Source of the DNA: Tubiluchus corallicola
Lineage: Eukaryota; Animalia; Priapulida
Length of the DNA: 64,000 nucleotides
Assembly: GCA_030141605.1 (NCBI GenBank)
Contig: JAQGDQ010000118.1
Span: 372,001-436,000, forward strand
Direction: 5' to 3'
Shown here one piece after another: positions 1 to 14,890 of this stretch. Below the pieces are notes generated by a model, which saw nothing but the letters and a program-made list of their open reading frames with translations, searched no databases and was not told the origin of the DNA. The first letter of the stretch is position 1; the number at the start of each line of letters is the position of its first letter. The translations under genes and the position numbers were made by a program.

Positions 1-567
1 GAATATTCGGAGCAGCCTCTTACATACACTATTTCTAATGTGATCAATAAATTTCCCAATAATATAATTGTTTAATAGTAAAAATTATGGCTTAAGCTAC
101 ATTGTTAAAGAATTAAAAGAGCATTATCTCTCTTCTAATAGTGAATCATGTATTCTACCTGTTTGCTATGTATGCCACTACATTAATGTAACTTAGCGAA
201 CGTTTTAATATCTGTCATGTTTATGGTCAACATTATTATAAGATGCAAATTTGTTTTTATTTCTTAATAAGATTTGATTATGTTCGGGATTATCATAGAC
301 TCATTGATTAAGTGCCTGTTTGTTTAAAAGCTACTGCAATTCTTGTACAAGTAAGACTCTTGCATTATTTGAGTGTAACATTTACAATAACTCTTGCATC
401 ATGTTAAATATTCTGTTCTTTCGGTGGCTGTCACGTCTGCGACCTTACAGGTTTTTTGTGGCATTCTCCTTGACACATTGTATGTGTAATATTTTACGTC
501 GAATATTGTCAAAATAAATTGTCTATTACTAAATAAGTCTTCTTCTACTACTACTACTACTACTATA
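1..567 (+). mobile_element. 3' end of a decayed Crack/L2-type non-LTR retrotransposon
   Basis: Broken reading EYSEQPLTYTISNVINKFPNNI / SKNYGLSYIVKELKEHYLSSNSESCILPVCYVC ends in the C-x4-CY-x-C terminus seen in Crack/Daphne ORF2. It is followed by an AT-rich 3' UTR, a GC-richer motif at about 422-470, AATAAA-TTGTCTA and a (TAC)n run. Family assignment is from recalled motifs. Confidence 0.65.
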
Positions 568-917
568 GGCTAATATAGGCTGGAGCCTAGGGCCTCTCAA
601 GCTTGGGACCGGCGGCTATGGTAAAATGAGATAAAAAATCTGTTTTTTCATGTGCTAATTTGGTTTGCAATAAATACTAAAATAGTAGTACAGTATTTCT
701 TAAAAATATTTTTATTAACAAACAAAAGATAGCTGTTGTAATTTATTTAAAGAATTTTCAATAAGTTTACTTATTCGATTTAAGTAAATGTCGCTAAAAT
801 ATATCACAAGCAAAAAATATTGAAGACGGGTGCTGGCGAGTTAGAGGGTGTCTCCGTCTGAGGGGGCCCCATAACTTCATTAGTTCTTGGGGCTCAAAAG
901 GTCATAATCAAGCCCTG
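568..917. mobile_element. hAT-like non-autonomous element fragment
   Basis: GC-rich subterminal GGGCC/GGGGCCCC motifs at both ends and a right terminus ...AATCAAGCCCTG (CAGGGC-type TIR). Left TIR and TSD not visible. Confidence 0.45.
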
Positions 918-3770
918 GTTATACCACAGATAAAATTCGACTTTATAAGCCTCGCCGTCTAGATTATTATTATATGTAACGGTATAAGTTTCTTTGTGTT
1001 ATTATCTTTCCTGTCTACGAGTAACTAATCATGCTTATAATGTTAACCCCTTCTTTTGTGTCAAAACGTGTAAGGTAATCACTGTTATTACGAAAACCTG
1101 CATGAAGCGCTTCGGTAATTAGAGTGAAATTAAAGATAGGTAACCAAAACTCTTGTTCTTATCAAGAGACCTGTAACTACTGGAGTGATGCTTTTATTAC
1201 CCTTATATACATCGCGAATTAAAAAAATATTTTCTGTAAAAGCACCCGCGCGCAAATGCATAGAGTGGCAAATCATAAACAATTTGAAAAGCGTTTAAAG
1301 TAACTCAGCGAACTGCAATACTTTTAGTTTTAGTTTTACAAAAAGGGCCATCTCGCCACTTGTATTGGTGCAACAAGAAATTTGGAAAAAGCAAAATCTC
1401 GTATAATTTGTCTTTTTTGTTAACAATCAAATTATGGTTTTGGGATAGTCTATGTCACTTACACGCATTTGTGAAAACATCTAAATTTTGCTATTTGCGT
1501 CTCCATTGAGACTGGGGTTGATGTATTTCTAATAAATTATTTTTCAGGGCAACCCTTATTCGTGTGCCGCTTTCATTCGTAGGGTTTTTAACAGCTCAGG
1601 TAACTGATTAGTCTTGGCGGATCAGGTGAACAGGTCGGCTACACAGTCATTTACTCAACATGGGTCCAAAATAAATTACCTGGGCGTTAATTGCAGGTAT
1701 ATATACGTGAGAAGCAAAAAGGCGGTGCAGGTTCTAAAAAAGAACAACAGCTCTCGTAGTATACAATTAGGAGCATCGTGCAGAATTTAATTTACTGGAT
1801 ATAATAATAACCTGCACTGCTGTAGAAAGAAAATTTGTGTGCACAAGCTGTATAGCTGCCGCATAAAAAGTTTTTTTATTAAATTAATTAAATTAGTAAG
1901 ATATTGCATACAGATGTTTTATAGCCAATGGTTCTACAATAGAAATTTATGTGAGGTTTATAGATGATACATTATCTATATTATATATAAAACGTATATT
2001 TTATTATGTTATATGGTGTTTATTAAACTTAAGAAGAGTGATTGAATATCACACTAGTTAGCTATTCTTAAAAGTTAGCTTGAATGAGTGTCATATCTGC
2101 ATGTAATTTTGCAATATAAATTGCATAGTGAAAATGTATCGTGGACAGTGAATAGCAAGCTCTTAACTAGCTTGACATTGAAACAAATCTATTTAAATTT
2201 TAATACAGATAATCATCAGTAAATCTCATATTAATGTCTGAAACCATTGGTTATAAAACCTCTTAAAAAGGTCTTTTCACACTCGTAGGATATTTTTAAA
2301 TGTAATACGTACGTGGATGAATGAAAATGAAACATGCCTTGCAAAGAAGCCTACATGCGCCATCTAATTATACATGAAAATGAAATATTATAATGTAATA
2401 GTTATATATGCGCGATAGACCAGCACAAGAGCAGGGAAACTAGAAATATTCCACATGCAGATTTATAATGCAAACTGACATGTTAAAATATGAAACAAGC
2501 GGACTATTGAATTGAGCTTGACACTTAGAAAAGTGTTTAAATTAGAAGAATGATTCATATCACAAAGGCAATTTATTTAAATTTTCTTGATTATTACTAA
2601 TACCGCCGACGTCCTATTATTACTTCAAATGTTGTCAGAAAAGCTGAAATTCCCCTGAGAATTTCAGTTTGTATTACGTATTTTATAAAATAAAGCAGTT
2701 TAATAAAAAGGACTATGTTTAACACTTTAACAGGCATATTTAAAATCCTAAAAAATGGCTATTTGCAAGGAGCTTATTTTGTTAGTTTTTAAATCTGTTT
2801 TTCTTATTTAATTGGCACCTGAAATCAGTTGTGTAAGTGTGTAAATAATAAAGTGATTTTCATAACAAATGACTAAACTTGTTAAACTGTAAATAGAACT
2901 GCTATAAGTGCAGGAATTTTCATTTTGTAAGCTCGATAGAAATAGAAGTTGCAACGTTAAATCGGATAAATTTGCTTGCCAGTAAACACATTTTTGCGGC
3001 TAAAATGTTATGTTTTCGTATTGGTTTTACCGGAATTGGTTTTAGACAGGCCCACTAATTTGTTTTGTAAATAATAGTTATTTGCTGAACATTTGCTACC
3101 TTGAAAACGGGCAATAGACCGAGATAGTCAGATCGCAATTTTGTTTATAGTTGCAAATTTCCTATATTTTCTATTTGCAGAAATAGTTTAACATCTGATA
3201 ATGATATGCCAGTCAAAAGCGATAAGGATTACACCAGTGATCAAAGTGTTCCGACAGATTAACTAGAATTGCTAGTCAAAAATTAGACAATTCTCTAAAA
3301 CACGTTAACCCGTTAAAGCAATATGTGGTGCTAGTTAGATACAAAACACGGCTTGATTGTGAAGGTTGTTGTATCAAGTAGCTAAAAGAACAAACTTATT
3401 GTTCAAGGCGAAGAAAATGACTTAATTGATTAATTGGCTCCAAATTGAATTTAGAATTTATTATACGAGCACACAGTGGTACAAAGTTTATTGTCATAAT
3501 ATGCTGATTGCTAAATTGTTAGACTAACAGTAAAGCAAGAAAAGCTGTCTTTATGCACGCATTATTATACAGGCAAACTTACGATATCCTTACTGGGTAC
3601 TGGATATTTTACCGCAAAGGGCGTATATCATAATGGTGACGGGTAGGTGCAGGCTAACATGCATCAGCCATTAAAATTATTTTGCACGTATGGATTCGCA
3701 TTTTAATTACTACGTAATGGTATTCACATCCAAGGTAATGGCCGGTGCAGACTGTGTCATTTCTCTCCCG

Positions 3771-3926
<156 letters not shown>

Positions 3927-3977
3927 TTCTCTGACTTTCTCTATTATTGTGTTAAGGTGTTTATGTATTGTCTTAAT

Positions 3978-3988
3978 CTCTCTCTCTC

Positions 3989-4052
<64 letters not shown>
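3978..4052. repeat. (CT)n microsatellite
   Basis: Direct reading. Confidence 0.98.
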
Positions 4053-4059
<7 letters not shown>

Positions 4060-7000
4060 CTCTCCCTTCACTCTCTACATTTTTTTCACTCTCACTCACA
4101 TTTTAATCAAAAAGCAGCTCATCTTTACCAGATGTAGCGACTCGTCAATTTGCCGACATTTCAGCGGATGTTTAGGGTGGTGTTTCTTTTTAACGTAAAT
4201 AATCATCACTGTTCAGGATTCAGCTTCTGCTATAGCACTGATACGATAACAGCGATGAGAGACGAGTAGAGTGAAGAGCCGAAGATTGTGTAGCTAGACG
4301 ATGTGTGCTGATGTTTTAATGACAAGAAGGAATCACAAGTTTACAGGTTACCGCTACGATGCCCTAGAAGCTTTTTTGATAAATCCTGTGGCGCAGACAT
4401 CAGCATTACTGTGGCCGCATGACGGTGATCAACTGCAGTCAACACCACGTATCATAACCGCGGCTGTACGTCATCATCATTATCATCAACTTTGCTATAT
4501 GCCCATGAATGGCCCATGATATAGGTTCATGAATTTAAATTAACAAGAAATGAAACAAATGAAACTGAATAACGACATAATTGAGATGAAAATCAGATGA
4601 GGCTACAAGTCAAGACAAAAGAAGAAACAAAAAAAAGAAAAAGAAAGAAAAAATTCAATATTCTACCACTATTTTGCTTATGAAACTACATCTGTAACTC
4701 TTTCACAGCTCCCTAAATAGTAACGGATACAAGTTTTATAAAAAATTGTCGATTAAGTTTTTTCATTCCTGCCCACAGTCAAGTCTTTTAAGAATCTGCG
4801 CTTAAGATTATAACTTGGTGTGTTTTCCCTTACTTCCCAAATGGTTCTTACTATATTTTTCTCACTTTTCAGCCATGTCAGGTCTATATAATATGTTCTT
4901 CAAGCCAAAGACTAAAATCAACATTTAACTAATTCAGATGAAACGGATATTAAAATGATAATTAACCTTTAACTATGGTATAAATTTAATCATAAATTTT
5001 ATAAACAGTGAAGTACAAATATAAGTACAAACAGTCATCATTATTTCGAATAATAATTTATATTAAAGTCATTGTTGCGGCAGAAATGCGTAACATTATT
5101 TTTCGTCAATTGAAAAGGCAAATTTTATTCTTGTACTGAATGCAATATGCGATTTGAAAACACTCTTTTTGAAAATGCCGCAACAAAAATTTCAATTATA
5201 AGTTCTGTATAAAATTACAGGGTTAACTTTTTAACTCTTTACACTCAGTCTCAGATCAGGCAAACGTGCTGAAAGGCCTCTAACCACAAATTAATAAATT
5301 TTGACTTTATGACACCTTTTGATCAAAGAATTTATAGACAACTTCCTCCAGACATGAAAGCGGACATATACAGCACTAGGAATCACTAACCTAGCGGTGG
5401 TATTCGCGAATAATAATACAAAAATAATATGACAAAAGGCTGAAATGAACTCTAAGAACGTTTTTTATAACTCTTCTGGTATTCTTCATTACGTCTGCTG
5501 AAACCGTCATTCCTGAACAAGCATTGCACTCAAAACTTAAACATGCCCTTTTCAAGTTTTCTTAACGAACACATTTATTTCGTTTGTAGGTGGCCGTATA
5601 CCCGAAGGCTTCAGACTTGTGGGAGCCGTCGAGGTGCCAAAACGCCATTGAAACATCTGTTCTATTTCAATTTTACTAGTATGTTGGTCATTAAACAATA
5701 ATTTCTTTACACACAATGTGTCAGAAAACTTCTGTCGGTTATAAACACATCAGCACATTTCTTGCCGACCACACTCCGAAAAGGGTACCCAGCGCGCAAA
5801 CGGTTTTTTAACGACCAGATTTGTACTTAATTTTCATTTTAATTAAGTATAAATGGCAATAAAGCGGACAGGTACACCTCTTGCCACTTAATTATAATGA
5901 AATGTATAAACTTTATTCCGGTGTAGCCACGCAGACGCTAAAAAGTGAACAAACGGCCGCCCCTCTTAAAAATACTAGTGTTTAGTTTTATAAATTGCTC
6001 CTAGGTGTACCCAGATCCCTTGGGCATTCAGCAAGACGGCGCCAGAGAGATGGACAATATCTCTTCATAACATAGTTTAATGACACTGTCTCTGTATATA
6101 GAATATATCAATTAAGCGTTCGTAGCGCTGGCTTTGCGTACATATACACTGTAAAACTGTGTAATAATATGGGCAAAATATCTACTGTGTAACTGTTTTA
6201 TTGCATGCTAAAAATGTATCATATACAGGTACTTGTACATTTTTATCTAAACTATTACTATATACCCTTAGATTAACCACTAATTAACTCACTAAAATTA
6301 AACGGGTTATTAATAACTAAAGATTTAAAAAAACTGAAGTATACTATAAGTTTAATATACTCACATTCACATTGAATTTAATTGTGCCGGCTTAAGTAAA
6401 TTATGGATTTAAATTAACAAATAACAAAAAGAAAAACACCTTTCACATGAAGACGCCAAGAGTTACAAAATAGCTAAACCTAGTCAATTTATACAGGCAT
6501 TCACGGCATTATAAGAAGCATACAATTGTTATTAAAGCTTTAAGTTACAAAATGTTAAAAAATGTTTACAGACTTTGTAACTTAGAGATTTTTTTCTTAA
6601 AAAAGTTTTTATTTTTAAACATTTTCTTTATACACGTCGTGGCAGAAAGTTTTCTACAATCAAAACTATTATTAATTAACAGTTTCGTTTGGATATTTTA
6701 CAATAACGACATGAATTTGTTTTTAATTTCATAGCAGTTCAATTTCATGTAGTTGCACACATTGACAAAACAAATAATATTAACTTGGTGTAAAGTATTT
6801 TGAGTATTTCATTTATTGTAGCTTAAGGGTTCAGACATTCAGTTGGCAATGTGGTTGTAAAAGCAGGTATTTCTGCACGTGTCTTCGCGCCTCCAGTGCT
6901 CATGGTTAATCAGTTAAAATGTGTATAGTGGAGGGGGGCAGTTTTCATACCTGTAGCTAGACAAAGTTAATTAAACATATATGGGCTTAGGTAGTTGTAA

Positions 7001-7628
7001 TACCTGTCAGAGGTAGTTAAAATAGCTTCTTTATCAAGTGAAACGGTTTTCTTAGTAGCTGTAATATATATTCTCGCCACTGGTTTCAGATATTATGATA
7101 ATTATTAAAACAATTACCGCCTTTAACATTAGTTAGTTCTTTTGTTCAGTTGCTTCTAATTCTAATAAGCCTAAGTAATATATAAAAAAGTATCAATAGA
7201 TGATAGAGTGAATCTATAATTATTAATGATTTTTTTAAAGCTAAAAACTTATCAAAAGTAATAAGTACGTGTAATTTGTTTAATATGACTAATAGACAAC
7301 TCAGATCCTTTTATCGTTTATTATGCGCAAAGCTGCCTGTCTGTAATTACATTAAATTAACAGCTGCAAAAAAAAACATGAACATTGATTAGGTGGTGCC
7401 AATAATCACTACTGTATCTTGAAATATGAACTATGTGTGCTCGGAATGGATTTTCAATTTCGAACTGTACGCCTATTTTAGTTTCTAAATCAAACAAAGT
7501 ATGAGCGCACAGTCTCGATTTGATATTTTCCTAGTCACTAAAAGAACATGATTTCTTAGTGACAGCTAATTGTCAGCCAGAGCGTTAGCCTTAAACTAAA
7601 CACGTCCAAAAAGAGGGTATATGAAAAA

Positions 7629-7683
7629 GGTCGGGCCTGGATTTGAACCAGCTACGTTTGGATGGCATAGCCAAGATTCATAG
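7629..7683 (-). other. partial tRNA-like sequence (SINE head or tRNA pseudogene fragment)
   Basis: The minus strand has a T-arm/B-box CTGG-TTCAAAT-CCAG and an upstream TTGG...CCAA stem. No D-arm or A-box. Confidence 0.4.
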
Positions 7684-7845
7684 CAGGGTTGGCAGATTCT
7701 CCACTATTTATTTTGGCACAGCCCTGGAGACTGAAATCTGACTGGTATTTAGTAACGACTTCAGTACTATGTCATAATAATGTAACTACGTTAACATAGT
7801 TCTTAGAACAGTCTGAGAGTCAAAGTGATTTCTAGAACAGTTTGT

Positions 7846-10800
7846 GACATAGACATAGACATAGACATTTTTATTTATCTCCTCATTTACACCATAGTAT
7901 ACAAATTTACTATTATTTTTATAGTTATTGATTAAAAATAATAAATTAAACATAAAGGAAAGAGTTAGGGGGGGGTGCAGGAGTGCAGGAGAAAGAGTAG
8001 CGGAAGACCAATTGGTCATCGAGTCAGCTACCCTTCTCAGGTTAGTGTAAATTGTAAAACATTTGTAGTGCTGCTGTTAACATGAATTTATGGGGGAATA
8101 CATGAAACATGAAAGCGAAATAACTAAATAAGCTATGCAACAAAGAAATAAAATGAAAAACATGAAATGATGATTAACAAAATATGTAGAGCATTTAACT
8201 AATCGATTAAAACATAAAGAACTAGAAACAAGTCAAAGCAAAAAAAAACATAAATAATAAATCAGTGAATGAAACAAAATATGCATGATAAACTCAAACA
8301 AAATATAATGAAACAAAGATATGCAACCGTCTCAAATTATGTTAAGCGTAATGATAAAATACTATGGAATGCAAGAACTAGTGCAGAAAAGTGGAGCTAA
8401 CAAAATATGTAGTGAAATTTGAGTATGTGACTAAATGGACAATATGGCTCAAAAAATATAATAAAACTTAATGATAACTGTGAAACAATGAGCAAAATAA
8501 TCATAATAAAGTGAATATATATGAAGTGAGAAAAGCATAATATGGAAGTAAAAACATAAGTGGAGCAGGCAAAATTATAAAAAATTATGTATGAGAAAAA
8601 GTGTTGTTGTTGCTGGATTTGTTTGAAGATTATTGTTTACCTTCCCTTTTCATAGCTGCGAAGAAATAATAACAATTTTACACTTTGATAAGAAAAAGTA
8701 CTATGATAATATAATTATAGTTAATAGATTAGCTCAAGGGGAATACATTAACACTAACGGAGAAGATTTATCAGATTTGATCTTAGCAGAAAAGTCACTC
8801 ATGGTAGTTAGAAATAAGAAAGGATTTATAGTTAATTATCAAATAACTAAAGGTGCCATGTTTCAGTTCATTAGATAGACTGTTCCACAACAAAGCACCT
8901 TGATAAGATAGAGATCTTTGCCCTTTGTTAGTATTAAATCTTTGTACATAGAAAGTTTGGTTAGTGGCAAATCGTGTATGATACTTATGCATCTGGGCTA
9001 CGGATTTGAAGTAATTCTGAAGAATTTCAGGAAGCATATTATGTTTAAACCTATATAAAAATTTGGCCATCTCTAATTTATATATATCCTAAAGTTTTTA
9101 TGCTGGTGGTATAATGGTGTAACATGGGCTCTCCTATTTGTATTTGTCCAAAGCTTTATAAATTTATTTTGATTAGCAATTAGGGGATACAATGTGGAAT
9201 GGGGTGCTGAGCCATAGGTAAGTATGCTGTATTCTAAATACGGTGAAAATAGGGAAGAATATAGAAGTTTTTTCGAATCATAATTCAGGAAATGCCTAAT
9301 TTTTGAAAAAATACCTAAAATTTTACTGGTTTTGTTAACAATATATTATATATGTGCTTTCCATGAAAGATTGTGATCTATTAATACTCCTAGATATTTT
9401 ATTTGATGTACAGATTGTATCCTGGTATTTCCCATTGTCAAATTTAATGTTAAATTTTTTACTTTTCTGGGATTACCAATTATCATATATTTTGTTTTGG
9501 AATAGTTTATAGAAAGCCGGTTGGCTCTCATCCATAGGTCTACTTTAGCTAGTTCAACATTAAGAAATTCTTCTAGGTGACTTATGTTAGTATCAGAACT
9601 GAAAAAGTTAGTATCATCAGCAAAAAGTCTAGTATGTAATTGGGTATTTGAAGGGAGATCATTTATGTAGAGTAACAAAAAAAGGGGACCAAGAGGAACA
9701 CCACACTGCTCATTTACCAGATCTGACTTTTTATTCGCGATAGATGTATATTGTTTTCTATTGTGTAAATATGACTGCATCAATTGAACAGGCAGGCCTC
9801 TGATACCATAGTGTTCAAGTTTGGCTAGTAAAATATCATGTTGTACAGTATCAAAGGCCTTAGACAAATCTAAAAATATGGCACGGGTGTACTTATTGTA
9901 ATCCATATTTAGTAACAGATTGTCTATAAGTTCAGCAATAGCTAAGGCTGTGCAGTATCTTTTGCGAAATCCAAACTGAAATCTAGAGAGAATTTTGTTG
10001 TCGTTTATAAATTTAATTAGTCTGTCATAAAGCAATTTTTCAAAAATTTTGGAGATAGGTGAAAGTAAAGATATTGGCCTATAGTTAGTGGGGTAATCAA
10101 GGGAGTCACCTTTGTAAATAGGAACAATTTTAGCTATCTTTAAACAGTCTGGGAATGTACCTTCAGTAATAGCCTTGTTAAACAATTTAGTTAGAACAGG
10201 GGAAATATGGAGACCAGCTGATTTGTAAAAAGATATTTTCATGACCGGAGGCTTTATTCTGATTTAAATTATTTATTGCTGTATTTACTTCAGCTTCAAT
10301 AATGGGTGTTAAGAAAAACGAGTTTGGCAAAGGACGTCCTAGAAAAGACTGAAATGACAGTTGTGTGGGTTGTATTTTAGATGCCGTATAAAGACCAATG
10401 GAAGCAAAAAAAGTATTCATGACTTGACAGATATCAGTTACATCACTTGAGAGAATACCATCTTTGTATACCTTTTTTGGTGTTATGCGTTGTTGCAATT
10501 TAGCATTTATTAAACTATTTATGGTCGACCAAAGTTTCTTTGTGTTATTTTTGTTATTTTGCAAGGTTTCTTGATAGTACCTTTTTTTGCTAAATATTTT
10601 ATATGGTTGAGTTTGTTCGAATAAACTTTGTATTTATTTCTATTATAAACATTGTTAGAGTTTTTAAATGTATTAAACAGTTGGCTTCTAGTTTTAATAG
10701 ATTTCAGTATGCCTGGTGTTATCCATGGCTTGTGAAAAGTCACCACTTCACGTCTTGATAAAGTTTTTGGAGGCACATGTGTATTGAGAACTAGATTGAA

Positions 10801-10905
10801 TGTTTGAAAAAACTGATCAAAGGCCTCATTAGTAGATAAGTAAGAATAATCAATAGAATTAATCTGTGCGTGCAGTTCATTTAAAATTCGTTTGTGAATT
10901 AACAT
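7846..10905 (-). mobile_element. 5'-truncated, frameshifted non-LTR retrotransposon (Crack/L2/CR1 group)
   Basis: Four colinear minus-strand ORF pieces (10519..10905, 10187..10564, 9346..10242, 8795..9070) carry HKPWIT, YRPISLL, QFGFR, FLDLSKAFD, YINDL, FADDT, KYLGV and HKYHTR...LWNSL. About 0.9 kb of 3' UTR ends in AATAAA plus a (TGTCTA)n tail at 7846-7867. No endonuclease domain or ORF1 is present. Confidence 0.95.
9346..10242 (-). pseudogene. reverse transcriptase domain of the LINE ORF2 (disrupted)
   Basis: RT motifs as above. Motif GVPQGSxLGP is reduced to GVPLGP and the ORF is frameshifted on both sides. Confidence 0.9.
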
Positions 10906-13774
10906 AGTTTCTAAAAACTCACATCAGTATGAAATCTTAAAACATTCTCAAACAGGCGTCATTTGATATCATTCTCATTTATTAAAAAATTTCATTTAAT
11001 TTTAATCAAATTAAAGAAATAAAAATAAAAATTGAAAATTTTTATAATGAAAATTTCTTGGAAAGGTTACGCAAGTTTGCCATCATTTTGTAAAATGAAA
11101 ATTATACAGAATTGTTAAGTATAACCAGGTAACAACACAAATTTAATCCTTAATTGCAAGATTATATTAAACATAATTAATAAAAAAACACAATTAAAAA
11201 TAAACAAAAACCGCTAATGCTTTTTCTTTATTTTGATAGTTGCATTTTTTCTATTAATAGCCAGGTACTGTTTATATATAATAATTAGCAACGTACGACT
11301 TTCGCAAAGAATGTATTTACATTAATGTACGCGAAGTGAACTAGAGTAAAAATAGAAAAACTTGAAAATGAGTATATAGTTTCCATTTCTATTAATTTAA
11401 ATCTAAATAAAACCACGAGAAGTTGATTTACGAAATGACATGTATCTTGTCTTTCAAGACTGCTGTGGACTGTTCGCGTATATAGTAAACTTATCAAAGT
11501 CCGTCGTAATCTCTTAATCATAATTTCATAATCCTCTTGTTAAACAATTGTTGATAGCAAAATACTTATTAATTTCTGTCGAGGCTTTTAGATCCAATTT
11601 TCAATCTGTGATTACCTTGCAGCTTCGAATAAAATCTCCACGTTGGGAAGGCGAAAAAAGCCCAAGTTAGCATTTATAGTAATTGTTAATTGTTGTTAGA
11701 TGTTGGAGAATCAAAATTAGTCCATCAATTTTTGCTTGTGCAGAACTTCTCGCGCCTTAAATTTTAGTTGCAAATCTGTTCCTTTGGAACCGCTGTATCC
11801 ATTTTTCTTATTGTATGCTGTGCGAATATGTTATAACAAGGCTATTATTGAGTTCTTTTTTATTATTTTACTAACGTGATTGTACTATTTGCGCTAAACA
11901 TATATGAATGAACGGTAAACAAATCGGCTGCCTGTACATCTCATTATCTATTCAAAATTCATTTACCTAGAAACTGAGTTACGTACAACCTTCAATGTGG
12001 AATTGAAGGAAAACTTCTCAGACAAATACGCGATTAAAAAAAACTCATTCTCTTTTGACGAGCCCGCGGAAACGATTATCTTTAATACAGCCAGTTATGT
12101 TCTTATCAAATTGTTCATCTGTCTTAGCGCTAAACAGACTAGATTTGTTCAACGCTAGAACGCCCTTATTGGATTTGCGCAAATTCAACAGAACAAGTAG
12201 TAAGAAAAAACCAAATGTTGCCCACAAAAAGGAGGATTATAGGAGGCCTAGTTGACATAATCACTGATAACTATTCCATGTTGTCGGATAGCCATCCTAG
12301 GCGGCGTGCTTTGATGTTGTTTTTTGCATTACAATTGTGCTTTATCTGCGCACGAAACATCTATTTCATACACAAAGTGTGATATCGATTGTGGGCGACA
12401 TATGCCTACTTACTACTTCGCGTGAAACTTTGGCACTGAATCGATGGTACGTATTCATACGAGTACGCACAATCGATACCTGCCTTTTCTTCCTCTGCCA
12501 CGACAATACCAGCGGCATCCTTTTGCCGGTGACAATTTCTATGGGTATGGCGACCATCAGTCCGCGAACATGAATGTGGCGCAAAACATTCGAAATTAGT
12601 ACGATTATAAATTTTGCTGTAAATAAAAATTGATAAATATGCCCGACGCAGCTGCATTCCTACGCAAGTGAATGGCAAGCTGAGCCGATAACACCTATAC
12701 TTTCCTCCTTTAATAAAACCCTTGCACCAAAAGTCTGGTCATGACAGAACCAAAACCTATTTCCTGCTATTATGGACAAAAGCCAGTAATTTGACAAATG
12801 AGACGAAAACCATACGCCGTGAGTCGATGATGATAAGCCATTTTGAAATGAAGACAACACTGTCTTCGTCACACTACAAAAATATTATTGGTATTGTTCG
12901 GAGAGGCTTTAAAGTAGCGACGAGTACGATAATCGATGTTAATAGTGAATTATTATAAAGAAATCAATTATTACATTACAGAGATGATAACTCTTAATTC
13001 AGCAGTATTCTTTAGTGTGCTTTACCGTAACTTTGCGGTATATATTTCGCTACGAATTTGATTTTTTGACCTTGCACAGTGCACACGTGCATAGCTAGGA
13101 AAATTTTGGGAATATGTTTTCTTCGTTTTACTCTCATTACAGCAAGAGAACCTTGTGACCTCGCCAAAGCCGCCTTTGTATAAGAAAGATAAAACATTGC
13201 TCTTTCATTTCTAGAACATTCAACAATGTACATCATGACATTTATCTCATTTTGCTGGGCAAACTTAAAAAAAAGTAGAAATTAACCACTGCTTACCGTG
13301 TAAAGCAGCTACCAGTTCAATTAAAAGATTACTCACTCTGTCATTGTCACAGTATTCTAGATTTAGATTTTGTAAATGTATACAAGAATTGTACTTTCAA
13401 AACTTTACATTGTGTAACTCTTTCGGGATCATCATGTTTATGATGATGTTTATGATCGTCAACATCGCATGATGTTTATATTGCTTAATGTAAAGATTTT
13501 CTACAGCGCAGAACTCCAAAGAACATGACACCTTTCCTTCCACGAAAAAAGAAAAATGTTGTTTTGTATAATGATGAAAAATATTGTATTATTTCGCTTT
13601 AAACAACATTCTTCTATAAGACGTGTAAAGAAACAAAGTAGGAATAAAAATGGTTTCTTTGTACTCAGCGCAGAAAATTTTCAAAACGTTCGTTACTTTT
13701 TGACTTTGCAATCATTTAGAGATTTGTATATAATATTGTAGTATAATTGTAATATTTAACTATTATAAATATTT

Positions 13775-13796
13775 TATTATTATTATTATTATTATT

Positions 13797-13829
<33 letters not shown>

Positions 13830-13830
13830 A
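13775..13830. repeat. (ATT)n(GTT)n microsatellite
   Basis: Direct reading. Confidence 0.95.
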
Positions 13831-14890
13831 TTGTGTTGCATGACGATTATACCCCATGTGCGAGATTCTGCAAACAATGTATTGCATTGTATTTGTAACG
13901 TATGGTAATGAATTGTAAAATGGTAAAATCGTCAATAAATTACAAAAATACATACACTTAAAGCAAAAGCTGACCCAACCTTGAACTGTAGGTAAAGACA
14001 ACCTACTTTTTAAAATTTTGAAAGGAAACATACAATTTTTTCAAAAATGACTTACGTGAAAGAATTATTACCACACAAACGCAATTTGATGTTCGCTCCA
14101 CTAGTTCTTCGCTGTTACATGCATTTCATCATTCGCTAGTTAGACTGTCGCTAGCGCTTGTAAATGCGCTACTTGTAAATTTCGGAAATGCATGGCACAA
14201 AAACAGACGCTGTACCTCTCAGTTCAGATGTGTTAGTTTGTGACGAACTACACACGTTCGACAGCTCATGCGTGAGCGCAGCAGTAAATTTAAAATTTGA
14301 ATTTTTATCTTAAAACTTGACTAGTTATAGTACAACACACTGAATATCTTACAGTAGCACGGTGCTTCAATTTTCGCTTTCACAAACACCTGAAGCACGC
14401 TCGTGGAACATTTTTGCTGTTGAAAATTATGTTAGTTTGTGATGTCGTCAATAGTTGGGCTCGTCCGCCGTTAATTAAGTTTTTAATCTATTATTTAATT
14501 ATCATAATCACGCTTTGCAGTATTAATTGTGTTAATATGTATACTTTTTACCGGACTTGAAAATGGGGCAGTATATGAAAATCATCCTGTCTTACTTTAA
14601 AGAAATCAAGATGTTCTTTTACAAACTGAGCTGTTTTTCTTTTCTTCACAGTCTCCAATATTTCGTGTACTGTGCAAAAAAATGCTGGACAGCAAACTGC
14701 TACAGAGGCTCAGTACTGCTTAATCTCTATTAATTACGCAATCCTATCAGTTTCTACTTGATTTGGCATCTTTATTATAAGCCTTTCATCGGCTTTCAGT
14801 AGAGCATGAAGGCTTTCTTTAGTAAGACGCCCTAGGTAGTATAATTACATATTGCATAGTAGTTAAGTAGTAGTATAACTTACATAGAAG

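Noticed and set aside
7793-10915. AACATAGTT on both sides of the LINE as a target-site duplication
   Set aside because: The left copy is about 45 bp away from the tail, not adjacent, so a TSD cannot be supported.
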